A stretch of 64,000 bases of DNA from a virus. A program made the position numbers and the translations under genes. The stretch covers positions 1 through 64,000 of the IMG/VR virus record IMGVR_UViG_3300045988_129382; one strand, 5' to 3'. The notes under the pieces were generated by a model. That model had not been told where the DNA came from. It did no database searches and saw only the letters and a program-made list of their open reading frames with translations. Of the stretch, positions 17,608 to 26,021 are shown piece by piece. Each line of letters begins with the position of its first letter. Position 1 is the first letter of the stretch.

Positions 17608-17784
17608 GTGATTGAATTGTATTTTCGTTTATATCATTTTAATAGTAGATGGGGTAATGTGCGTAAGGCTATCAAGTTGCTAACAAAATATGGTAAGTGT
17701 TCTTATATGGGTGTTGAATTTGATTGTGATAATAAATTTTTTACTGTATGTGTTTGTTTTTTGGGGGATGGTGTTATTGAGTAG
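17608..17784 (+). CDS. Small ORF, 58 aa, GTG start
   Basis: AGGTAGTAAGG lies before the GTG; the ORF fills the gap between the promoter and the next ORF. Confidence 0.4.
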   Translation: MIELYFRLYHFNSRWGNVRKAIKLLTKYGKCSYMGVEFDCDNKFFTVCVCFLGDGVIE

Positions 17785-17984
17785 TGTGTGATTACAGTGA
17801 AGATTTTATACTAAAAGCTTTGAGGTGGTATTATCCACGGACTAAGTTTTTTGTTTCTGAGAATGGTGTTTTAATGGGTAAAGATTTTATGTTTGATGGT
17901 ATCTATAATGTTTTTACTGTTTCAGATGATATGAAGGAGAAAGCAATAGTTTATTATGGAGACAGAGAGAAATGTAAAGATTGA
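17784..17984 (+). CDS. Hypothetical protein, 66 aa
   Basis: ORF track entry; its start overlaps the upstream stop. Confidence 0.5.
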   Translation: MCDYSEDFILKALRWYYPRTKFFVSENGVLMGKDFMFDGIYNVFTVSDDMKEKAIVYYGDREKCKD

Positions 17985-18393
17985 AAGTTCTTATATTTTT
18001 AATGAAAAGTATTATATCAGGTTCTTTGTTACAGTAGAAGATTTTAATTCAATTACTGTTGATGGTTTAGATGATATAGTTCGTAAGGTTTTAGATAATC
18101 ATCATAAAGGTAAATTCCCTTATACTATTACACCTGTTTGTGTTGGTTGTGATGATTTCCTCTTTTCCTTAGATTATTATGTTAAGCTTTCATATAGTAA
18201 CGATTCAACTAATGATACTATTTGTGATGTTAGTTATCGTATTTATGTTAATTATATTAATTGGTTTAAATGGTATGTTACAATTAAGGATATTTTTAAA
18301 CCTAATGATTTAAGTCATTTTTTGGTAGGTTATATTGGTGATGGTTTCTTATTTGGTGGTTTACGTAAGTTAGTTAATTTTATTAAAAGGTAG
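17956..18393 (+). CDS. Hypothetical protein, 145 aa
   Basis: ORF track entry; weak SD. Confidence 0.6.
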   Translation: METERNVKIESSYIFNEKYYIRFFVTVEDFNSITVDGLDDIVRKVLDNHHKGKFPYTITPVCVGCDDFLFSLDYYVKLSYSNDSTNDTICDVSYRIYVNYINWFKWYVTIKDIFKPNDLSHFLVGYIGDGFLFGGLRKLVNFIKR

Positions 18394-18416
18394 ATTAAAA
18401 AGGAGATTTTATTATG
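18383..18416 (+). repeat. Left copy of a 33-34 bp direct repeat flanking gene 18414-18764
   Basis: TTAAAAGGTAGATTAAAAAGGAGATTTTATTATG. The second copy at 18775-18807 differs by one A. Confidence 0.9.
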
Positions 18417-18764
18417 AATAAATTTTGTGATGTAAGAGTAGTTTCTATGGTTAATTATTTTGCTTTGCCAACTTCTTCATTAAACTGTAGTGTTGTAGGT
18501 AATTACCTAAAAGTTGTAATATGTGATGAATGTTTATATGCTGGCATGCCACGACCTAATGGTGGTTTTATCAACAACAATAATTCTTATCGCTATATTG
18601 AAGCTATGCTTGATACTAGTGGTGAGGTTGTTGAGTTTGTGGGGTATATTAACGCTGGGTATGGGTTTGAGTATTTTGAAAAGGATTCTATTTATGCATT
18701 GGGGGCCATCACTAAAGAGCCAAAGGTTAATACAACAACTATAAAGAATTTTATTAAGGAGTAA
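18414..18764 (+). CDS. Hypothetical protein, 116 aa
   Basis: Strong SD AAAGGAGA upstream. Confidence 0.7.
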   Translation: MNKFCDVRVVSMVNYFALPTSSLNCSVVGNYLKVVICDECLYAGMPRPNGGFINNNNSYRYIEAMLDTSGEVVEFVGYINAGYGFEYFEKDSIYALGAITKEPKVNTTTIKNFIKE

Positions 18765-18774
18765 TTGTATATTT

Positions 18775-18807
18775 TTAAAAGGTAGATTAAAAGGAGATTT
18801 TATTATG
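18775..18807 (+). repeat. Right copy of the direct repeat flanking gene 18414-18764
   Basis: TTAAAAGGTAGATTAAAAGGAGATTTTATTATG. Confidence 0.9.
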
Positions 18808-19368
18808 TTAAAGAGTTTATTTTATGATGCAGATGGTTCTATTAAGACTTGGGTTGCGTTTTTATCTATTTTTGTTATTGGTTTTTTGATTATTGGTGGA
18901 TTGTATTGTTTGTTAGCAGATAACCCACCATCTGATAAGATTTTATCTAAACAGTATACAAATGTTTTGGGTAAAAATTTAACATTAGATGAGAGTTTAC
19001 ATTATGCTAGTTATGGTTTTACTAAGGATGCAACTACTAAAGGTGTGTCTAAGTTTAGAGATGTTGATTTAGATTGGAAGAAGATTGATGCTAAAGATTT
19101 GCCTAGAGAAGTTAAATCTCAATTATCTCAGTCTGATGTAGATTTAAAAGTATATGTTGCAGATGTAGATGAATCTTTAACTAAGGGTGTCACTGATGTT
19201 AAACATTATGTCATCATTAGACATTTTAATGAAAATAATTCTGATAGATTAAGTGGTGTATATACTGTTATTAAGATGAAAGGTAGTAATGGTAGTGAGA
19301 CTAAGGTTCAGACTTTAGAGGATGCTGTTAATTTTACAACAGCATATTTAGTTACAAGAGGTAAATAG
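18805..19368 (+). CDS. N-terminally membrane-anchored protein, 187 aa
   Basis: Hydrophobic segment WVAFLSIFVIGFLIIGGLYCLL near the N-terminus. Confidence 0.7.
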   Translation: MLKSLFYDADGSIKTWVAFLSIFVIGFLIIGGLYCLLADNPPSDKILSKQYTNVLGKNLTLDESLHYASYGFTKDATTKGVSKFRDVDLDWKKIDAKDLPREVKSQLSQSDVDLKVYVADVDESLTKGVTDVKHYVIIRHFNENNSDRLSGVYTVIKMKGSNGSETKVQTLEDAVNFTTAYLVTRGK

Positions 19369-19374
19369 TATATA

Positions 19375-20070
19375 ATGAGAAAGTATATTAAAAAACCTGT
19401 GACTGTTGAGGCTTTTCAGTTTTTCTACAATGATGATGCATCTACTGAAATACTAAAGACAGAGGTTGGTATTGATAACTGTTTCTATGATTGTGATGGT
19501 AAACTCTTTCTACGTACCTTAGAGGGTGCTATGGTTGTTAGAGATGGTGATTATATCATTAAAGGTGTTAAAGGTGAGTTCTACTCTTGTAGAAAAGATA
19601 TTTTTTATAAGACATATTATGCTGATGATATTGTTACTAAGTATGTTGTACATTTAGAAAAGCATGATGTATTCTCTCCGATGTTCTTTGATACATTTGA
19701 AGATGCTGTTTCGTGGGGAAGAGCAATTTTTGAAAAATATAAGGACATTAATGATTGTGAAATTTTCCTATATCAAAGTTTTAATCATTTAGTAGATGAT
19801 ACAATGACAACTTTCTATGTTTCTAGATGTAAAGAATACATTCCTTATGTGTGGGATGAGGATATCTTAAATCATTTACAGGTTGATGTGGATGATAGTA
19901 GAGAGTGTTGTTGTATTGCTGATTATACAACAGCTGAGGAAGAAAAAGATTTGGGATTAATTGTTAACGAAGCTATTAGAGGTTGGGTATTCAAGCATAA
20001 TCTTATTGATAGAGTGTGGGGTTATGATATTGAGTATGATACTACAGTTTCTGTTCCAATTAAAGATTAA
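19375..20070 (+). CDS. Hypothetical protein, 231 aa
   Basis: N-terminal KKPVTVEAFQF...GDYIIKGVKGEFYSC resembles a common small phage domain; function unknown. Confidence 0.7.
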   Translation: MRKYIKKPVTVEAFQFFYNDDASTEILKTEVGIDNCFYDCDGKLFLRTLEGAMVVRDGDYIIKGVKGEFYSCRKDIFYKTYYADDIVTKYVVHLEKHDVFSPMFFDTFEDAVSWGRAIFEKYKDINDCEIFLYQSFNHLVDDTMTTFYVSRCKEYIPYVWDEDILNHLQVDVDDSRECCCIADYTTAEEEKDLGLIVNEAIRGWVFKHNLIDRVWGYDIEYDTTVSVPIKD

Positions 20071-20077
20071 GTAGCTT

Positions 20078-20108
20078 AAAGGGGTAGTATTAGTACTATC
20101 CCTTTTTA
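20078..20108 (+). terminator. Intrinsic terminator
   Basis: Stem AAAGGGGTAGTA / TACTATCCCTTT with one G-U pair, followed by a T-run. Confidence 0.7.
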
Positions 20109-20114
20109 TTTTAC

Positions 20115-20143
20115 TTTACACTTCTTTACATATATGGTACTAT
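20115..20143 (+). promoter_or_regulatory. Sigma-A-type promoter: TTTACA, 17-nt spacer, TACTAT
   Basis: Read directly. Confidence 0.6.
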
Positions 20144-20185
20144 TTAATTAAAGATATTCTATGTATTTATATGAGGTAGATTATT

Positions 20186-20527
20186 ATGAAATTAATAAAC
20201 TATAAGGTTTTAGACGATTATCTTGTTATTAATGACACTTTTTGCTATGAGTTAAGTTCTTTGAGTCGCATCCGTTTAGATGAAAACTACTTAAAGTTAG
20301 ATAAAGAGTCTTGGGTTGGTGAGTGGTTTAACTTGGTTGATTTTGGTGGGGATATGTCAGAATTAATTAAGTTTGTTGAAAGTACTAATAAGCTTGTCAA
20401 GGACGCTAAGTCTAGAGAGTATTTAGTAATTGAGTGGGGTATTTTCTTCTTTATTATGTTGATGGTGGCTGTTGTTTCTTGCTTTGTTGGTATGGTTATT
20501 GGTGTTAGTTGTGGTATACATGTATGA
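20186..20527 (+). CDS. Tail-anchored membrane protein, 113 aa, with a C-terminal TM segment
   Basis: C-terminal WGIFFFIMLMVAVVSCFVGMVIGV. Confidence 0.7.
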   Translation: MKLINYKVLDDYLVINDTFCYELSSLSRIRLDENYLKLDKESWVGEWFNLVDFGGDMSELIKFVESTNKLVKDAKSREYLVIEWGIFFFIMLMVAVVSCFVGMVIGVSCGIHV

Positions 20528-20712
20528 GTGTTTTAACTGATATGTTTTGCAGAGATTCATATAATTTGTACAGTGGTGATAGGTATATAAGCTATTCAGT
20601 AGATTACATAAATTCATGTATTCATATGTACTTGTTACAGTTGTACTATGATATGAGTGATGATGAAATAGCTAAGTATATGTATTATTATGGTGATAGG
20701 GATGGATATTAA
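20524..20712 (+). CDS. Hypothetical protein. Start moved to ATG 20524.
   Basis: ATGA overlap with the upstream stop. Confidence 0.5.
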   Translation: MSVLTDMFCRDSYNLYSGDRYISYSVDYINSCIHMYLLQLYYDMSDDEIAKYMYYYGDRDGY

Positions 20713-20800
20713 AAGTATTTTATTTACATTGTTGTTTGTGTTGCTGTTTCTTATTTTTTGTTTAATTGATTTGTATGTAATTTATTTGTATGGGTATTAG
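20702..20800 (+). CDS. Possible 32-aa hydrophobic peptide, below the track size cutoff
   Basis: MDIKSILFTLLFVLLFLIFCLIDLYVIYLYGY; fills an otherwise non-coding gap. Confidence 0.35.
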   Translation: MDIKSILFTLLFVLLFLIFCLIDLYVIYLYGY

Positions 20801-20811
20801 GGAGATGTATT

Positions 20812-21150
20812 ATGTATAAACGTGATGATTTTTATGTTGATAGTGAGTATGGTTATTTTATTATTTTTGGTAATAAAGTTTTCAATGTAGAGGATGTCAA
20901 AGACATATATCTAAGAGATGAAGCTATGTATGTTGAAATGGCTGATGGTAGTAGGGAGTATTTTGATATTGTTGTTAATATGTGTAATATTCCTTTGTTA
21001 CTAGATTTCATTAGGGAGTTTAAGATAGCTAAGAAAGTTAATTCTTCTAAAGATGTTTGTGCATATGAGCGTTCTTTCCGCTCATTCGCTATTTATATGT
21101 TATTAGTTATGTCTATTATGCTTAATTTAGTTTTTATATTGGTTAAGTAG
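20812..21150 (+). CDS. Tail-anchored membrane protein, 112 aa
   Basis: GGGAGA SD; C-terminal FAIYMLLVMSIMLNLVFILV. Confidence 0.7.
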   Translation: MYKRDDFYVDSEYGYFIIFGNKVFNVEDVKDIYLRDEAMYVEMADGSREYFDIVVNMCNIPLLLDFIREFKIAKKVNSSKDVCAYERSFRSFAIYMLLVMSIMLNLVFILVK

Positions 21151-21160
21151 GTGTTGTTTT

Positions 21161-21565
21161 ATGCATGTTGGTAGATATGACTTTGGTTTTGAAGATGATT
21201 ATTTTTATTATTACATTAGTTATATAGGTGGTAGTTTTGTTTCACTAGAACCACGTTCTTTGAGAGGGGTATATCATGTGAGAGATATATCTTGTGTACA
21301 ATTATGTACACAAGATTATGGGACTATGTTGTGTGTTAATGTGTATGATAGATACAGAGGTGATATTAGCGTTAAGACTTTCTATCTAGATGACTTTAAA
21401 GAGAATAGAGCATATTATAATACATTAGTACATAATGTTAATAATTGTATTAAGAACTATAATAAAGTTGGAGAGGCTGTATCTAATTCTTTTGTAGGTA
21501 AATTTTTTGCTATTAGTTTGATTTTATTTATATTATTTATGGTTTATCTGTGTGGTATATCTTAA
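21161..21565 (+). CDS. Tail-anchored membrane protein, 134 aa
   Basis: C-terminal FFAISLILFILFMVYLCG. Confidence 0.7.
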   Translation: MHVGRYDFGFEDDYFYYYISYIGGSFVSLEPRSLRGVYHVRDISCVQLCTQDYGTMLCVNVYDRYRGDISVKTFYLDDFKENRAYYNTLVHNVNNCIKNYNKVGEAVSNSFVGKFFAISLILFILFMVYLCGIS

Positions 21566-21590
21566 ATAATATTACATAACAATATTAAAC

Positions 21591-21619
21591 TTTACAATTC
21601 AATACATATATGGTATTAT
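21591..21619 (+). promoter_or_regulatory. Sigma-A-type promoter: TTTACA, 17-nt spacer, TATTAT
   Basis: -35 at 21591-21596 and -10 at 21614-21619. The predicted start near 21626 coincides with the base of the long stem. Confidence 0.6.
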
Positions 21620-21627
21620 TTAAGTAA

Positions 21628-21883
21628 GATATAGTGAGTGTATCTAAACACTGTATGAATGTATTATAGTGTACAACTTTATAGTGGGAATTGGTTTTGT
21701 TATATTAAGCGAGCAATACATTATACTTTTTACAAACTTTGTTTTTTATAACTTATTTTGATGGTGATTAACCATATTCTAGTGTAAGGTTGTGTAATGT
21801 TTTACATCATACTTATTTATGTCTTTTTATTTTATATAAAGCTAACACTATTAGAATACATCAACTGATACATTCACTATATC
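21628..21883 (+). ncRNA. Rod-like structured leader or RNA element of about 256 nt
   Basis: Four nested helices. 21628-21644 pairs with 21867-21883 (17 bp, one G-U). 21659-21665 pairs with 21855-21861. 21666-21672 pairs with 21845-21851. 21677-21683 pairs with 21835-21841. Confidence 0.5.
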
Positions 21884-21984
21884 GAATATTATTAATTTAG
21901 TTTTCAAATATTACTTTACATAGTATTACTAAACAATACAAAGTGATACAGTATAGAGTAGTTTTTATAGAGGGGTATATACAT

Positions 21985-22656
21985 ATGGATTACTATATTA
22001 AAGAGTTTTTAAAGACTAATAAATTAGAGACAGGTGTACCATTTAAGGTTAAGGAACTTAGACGTTTAGTGGTAGTTGACGAGGATGGTTCTTTTAAGTA
22101 TGAAGATAGTGGTGAGGTATTAGTATTAGGGGATGTATTTAGTATTCTAAGTGGTGCTTATCATGTAGAGTTAGCTAACACTAAGTATAATTGTGGTGAT
22201 ACTTATTATTTTGTATCTGATGCATACAATGTTAAGTCAGCTACATGGGGAGATAACATTTATGACTATGCTTTATTGAGTATGGGTAATGTATTCAATG
22301 CACGATTTGAGGCTGAGAATCATAAAGAGGAAATCCTTAATAAGTGTAGAGAGATTAATACTAAAGATACTAAAGATACTAAGGTAGTAACTAAGAAAGA
22401 TATTTCTGAAGTGTTAAATGATAATGTCAATACCTTATCTAATAAAGTCAAAGACATTGGGGACACTGCTACATTGTTAAATAAAAAGCTTAAAGATGGT
22501 GTAAGTGGCATGGCATTGTCTATCGATAAAGATAGCATTGATAGTGGAAAGTATAAAGGCTATACATTACATAATGGGGTTAAAAAAGACTTTGATATTA
22601 ATGCAACTAGTTTAGGTGAGGCTATTCGTGAAGCATTAAAGAAAAGCTTTAAATAG
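21985..22656 (+). CDS. Hypothetical protein. Start moved to ATG 21985.
   Basis: AGAGGGG SD before ATG 21985. Confidence 0.7.
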   Translation: MDYYIKEFLKTNKLETGVPFKVKELRRLVVVDEDGSFKYEDSGEVLVLGDVFSILSGAYHVELANTKYNCGDTYYFVSDAYNVKSATWGDNIYDYALLSMGNVFNARFEAENHKEEILNKCREINTKDTKDTKVVTKKDISEVLNDNVNTLSNKVKDIGDTATLLNKKLKDGVSGMALSIDKDSIDSGKYKGYTLHNGVKKDFDINATSLGEAIREALKKSFK

Positions 22657-22696
22657 TATAGGTAATATTAGTTAATATAGGTAGGTGAGTGTAGGT

Positions 22697-23029
22697 ATGT
22701 TAGAGAATACAATTAAGATGCTAGTTAATATGTTAGATTATTACTATAAAGATAATCTAATTGATGGGGTAAGCACTGATACAAGTGGTAGCAATTATGT
22801 TATGTCAGTTGATTATTCATTAGAGAGTGCTAAGTGTACACTAACTGATGGTAACGTAACAATGGATGCTACTCTATATTATAATGATAGGGTATGCAAC
22901 TTGTATATTAGGAATTATGTTGATGGTTGTAATACTTCTACATTAGATACTATTATTAAAGGTATTTGTCATTATGAAGAAGTGTTACAACGTGAGAGTG
23001 ATATTGAGGTTAATGTAACACTTATTTAA
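22697..23029 (+). CDS. Hypothetical protein, 110 aa
   Basis: AGGTGAG SD 7 nt upstream of ATG 22697. Confidence 0.65.
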   Translation: MLENTIKMLVNMLDYYYKDNLIDGVSTDTSGSNYVMSVDYSLESAKCTLTDGNVTMDATLYYNDRVCNLYIRNYVDGCNTSTLDTIIKGICHYEEVLQRESDIEVNVTLI

Positions 23030-23091
23030 TATCATTGTGATAATATAGGTGGTATTATACTAAAGATAGTGTGAGATAAGGTGATTTATTT

Positions 23092-23337
23092 ATGGGTTTG
23101 ATTCAATTCAAGTTGCGGAGTGGTGCTTTACAGAAAATCATACAAAAACGTATGATTTCTATTAGTGAGTTATCTAGATTAAGTGGTGTAAGTCGTCCAG
23201 CTTTGTATAGCTTGATTAATGAAAATGTAAATTATGTTCGTATTAGTACATGTAGAAAAGTAGCAGAAGCACTTAAAGTTGATGTTGATACATTATTTGA
23301 GGTAGCTAGTGATACAGCTACAGAAGTTGATAAATAG
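23092..23337 (+). CDS. XRE-family helix-turn-helix transcriptional regulator
   Basis: ISISELSRLSGVSRPALYSLINE...CRKVAEALKVDVDTLF is a classic HTH_3 pattern. Confidence 0.8.
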   Translation: MGLIQFKLRSGALQKIIQKRMISISELSRLSGVSRPALYSLINENVNYVRISTCRKVAEALKVDVDTLFEVASDTATEVDK

Positions 23338-24414
23338 ATGGAAAGATTTTATAGTTTAGATATCAAGACACAATATGTGTTACAGGATAGTGTTAGGAAG
23401 GATACATTTAAGAGTATAACAACTATTGAGGGTGTTCAGTGGTTGATGTGGACTTTCTATCATTGGGGTATTAAGTATTTAACATATGATACTGTTATGG
23501 GGTTACAATTATTTCATGGTAGACCTGTGTATGATGTAAATACTAAGAGATGGTATGGTGCTAAAGTAGTTAAAACAGAGACTGTAGAAGATACAGATAG
23601 TAATACTACTAATAGTACAAATGGTGAAGTGAGTACAGGTGAGGGTGATATTCATGGAGATGGCACTAACAATAGTAGTCATAATCATGGGGATAGTCAT
23701 GCTGAAGTCGGAAACGTCAATGGTGAGGTTCTTCCTAATACTGTTTCTTTGGTTGATAGCACTAGGGAAGATGTAGAGAGAGGTAATACAAATGACAATG
23801 GACATGGTAGTAACAATCATTCTGATGGGGTTGGGGTTAACACTCATAGTAATGACAGAGAAGTGGTTAATGCGGATACTCATAGCATTTCTAGTGATGG
23901 TGGTATACAATCTACTGTTCTAGGTGCAACATCTACACGTGAGATAGTAGAATATACAGATAATGGAAATGAACCTAAAGGTTTGTCTTTTTATTTACAC
24001 TCATTGATTTCTAGTGTATTTGAGTTATCTGAAGGTACTGCCATAGAGTTAACTACACAAGCGATTGAGGATGATGTAGCCAATAAGACGTTAACAGATG
24101 GTACAATAGTAGAAGTATCTAATAATGGTATTACGTGGTTTAAGCGTTATTTTAAATCGATTGAGCCTAATCTATCTACTAAGTATTGCGTATATGGAGG
24201 TGGACGTACAAAAGATACAGTACGAGATATGGCTGATGTAGAATATTATCAGTATATGCGTTATAATGATAATACACATACTGATATGAGTACGACTAGT
24301 GTATGTACTAATGGGTGTGGTAATTGTAACAATACTACAGTTAAATTTGAGAGTGTAAGGAATACAGTAGATGGGAGAGTTGTTTTTGCTGATAGGGGTA
24401 GTTTAAATAAATAG
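23338..24414 (+). CDS. Hypothetical protein with a central low-complexity region rich in Asn, His, Gly, Asp and Thr, and a Cys-rich C-terminus
   Basis: NSSHNHGDSHAEVGNVNGE...NDNGHGSNNHSDGVGVNTHSND; C-terminal CTNGCGNCNN. Confidence 0.7.
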   Translation: MERFYSLDIKTQYVLQDSVRKDTFKSITTIEGVQWLMWTFYHWGIKYLTYDTVMGLQLFHGRPVYDVNTKRWYGAKVVKTETVEDTDSNTTNSTNGEVSTGEGDIHGDGTNNSSHNHGDSHAEVGNVNGEVLPNTVSLVDSTREDVERGNTNDNGHGSNNHSDGVGVNTHSNDREVVNADTHSISSDGGIQSTVLGATSTREIVEYTDNGNEPKGLSFYLHSLISSVFELSEGTAIELTTQAIEDDVANKTLTDGTIVEVSNNGITWFKRYFKSIEPNLSTKYCVYGGGRTKDTVRDMADVEYYQYMRYNDNTHTDMSTTSVCTNGCGNCNNTTVKFESVRNTVDGRVVFADRGSLNK

Positions 24415-24444
24415 GATATCTATAGTAGGTATAATATAAAGGTT

Positions 24445-24963
24445 ATGTGTAGTAAGAGTTGTAGTAATAAAAATACTAAAGATGAGATTAGGTATCTTCC
24501 AGAAAACATTGTTAAGGTATCGATTGATATGGATGAATATCTAAGGCTTAAAGAAGTAGAGAAAGAGTGTGTTGGTCTTAGAAGAGATGTATTAGCATAT
24601 AAGAGGGATTCTATATTTGTAGAAGAGCATGAAGTGTGTTATGAGCGATTACATGAAAACTTATACAATGAGTTAGAAGTGTTGTATACTAAGTATCGTG
24701 GTTCTGCTATATGGAATTTGGATATTACGTTATGTGGTGTGATAGCTTTCTTTGTTAGAAAATACTTAGAGGGTAGCCCAGAATCATTTGATTATGATGA
24801 GAATTCTAGATTGCGTTATAATACATTAGTACATGCAGTAACATCATTAGAGTATTATTTTGACAAATCTAATGATAATGGTGAATTAAATCAAGAAGAT
24901 AGGGAATTGGTGTTAGAGGCTTTATCTGAGTTGAGAGAGTATTGGTTTTCTATGTGGACATAA
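24445..24963 (+). CDS. Hypothetical protein, 172 aa
   Basis: ORF track entry; AAAGG SD upstream. Confidence 0.7.
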   Translation: MCSKSCSNKNTKDEIRYLPENIVKVSIDMDEYLRLKEVEKECVGLRRDVLAYKRDSIFVEEHEVCYERLHENLYNELEVLYTKYRGSAIWNLDITLCGVIAFFVRKYLEGSPESFDYDENSRLRYNTLVHAVTSLEYYFDKSNDNGELNQEDRELVLEALSELREYWFSMWT

Positions 24964-24992
24964 ATACTTGATATGTGAGAGGATTGAGATAT

Positions 24993-25388
24993 ATGCGTTA
25001 CGTATTAATTGGGATTATTTTATTAACTTCTCTTTTTATAGGTGGTTGTGGTGATTGCTTTGTTGGGTGTGGTGATACGTCAGTTAAAAATCAACCGTCA
25101 TTAACTGCTAGTAGGGAAGAGAAGTTAAACTATCTTATTACTAGTCAAAGTGATGCTTTAATTGAACACAATAAAGATTCAGATGTGTTTAGTCATAGAT
25201 ATACTGCTAATGAACTTAGCATAGGTGACTATCTAACTAAGACTTTTGAATACATGGATAGTAAGGGTTATAAGGTAGATTCCATTAGGAACGATGATAA
25301 TAATACAGCATTATATTTTGTTTCTAAGACAATGTATTTTTATAGTAATATTCATAAGGGTGTTACTGTGACATATAGGAAGAAATGA
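24993..25388 (+). CDS. Lipoprotein. Start moved to ATG 24993.
   Basis: Signal peptide MRYVLIGIILLTSLFIGG|C with a lipobox-like IGGC. Confidence 0.7.
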   Translation: MRYVLIGIILLTSLFIGGCGDCFVGCGDTSVKNQPSLTASREEKLNYLITSQSDALIEHNKDSDVFSHRYTANELSIGDYLTKTFEYMDSKGYKVDSIRNDDNNTALYFVSKTMYFYSNIHKGVTVTYRKK

Positions 25389-25750
25389 TAAAACGTATAC
25401 TAAAGAAGATATGTAAATGGGTATTTTATTTAATTGTTTTTATTTTTGTTATAGTAGCATTGGTATCTATTAAAGAAGATAATCAGAGAAAGCATGATGC
25501 TTTAAAATCTGACCCTATACATACTATGAATAATGAGGTCTTAAAAAATCATACAGGCGATACATTATATGTTTCATATGATAGTAGAGAGTATGATGAT
25601 TATAAGATAGATAAAATTATTAAAGATATGAATAGTAGGGGTTATAAAGTAGTTAATAAGTATACTGAGTATTTACAATATCAAGAATTAATTGGGGATA
25701 TTATGTATATACGTGAATATACAGTAACACATGTTATTTATAGGAAGTAA
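25385..25750 (+). CDS. N-terminally anchored membrane protein; its C-terminal domain is paralogous to the upstream lipoprotein
   Basis: TM segment WVFYLIVFIFVIVALVSI. DMNSRGYKVVNKY...HVIYRK compares with YMDSKGYKVDSIR...VTYRKK. Confidence 0.7.
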   Translation: MIKRILKKICKWVFYLIVFIFVIVALVSIKEDNQRKHDALKSDPIHTMNNEVLKNHTGDTLYVSYDSREYDDYKIDKIIKDMNSRGYKVVNKYTEYLQYQELIGDIMYIREYTVTHVIYRK

Positions 25751-25859
25751 ATATATGGATAAAAAAGTTATTATTAAGTCTGTAGCGTTTATATTATTTT
25801 TTGCTGTTTACTACTTTGTAGAGAGTAGACGATAATCATTTAAAAAGGGGATTAAAATT

Positions 25860-26021
25860 ATGGTAGTAGGTTCTGTAAAAGACTTAATAAGTGAATTACT
25901 AGAGACTTCATGTTATGTAGATGACACAGTAGAAGTAGTCAATGCTGTTGGTACTCCTTATCAGATTGCTAAGGTAGTTAATAAAGATGGTATGGTAGTA
26001 TTGGTGTTGGACGATGAGTAG
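25860..26021 (+). CDS. Small ORF, 53 aa, below the track size cutoff
   Basis: AAAGGGGA SD 8 nt upstream of ATG 25860. Confidence 0.5.
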   Translation: MVVGSVKDLISELLETSCYVDDTVEVVNAVGTPYQIAKVVNKDGMVVLVLDDE

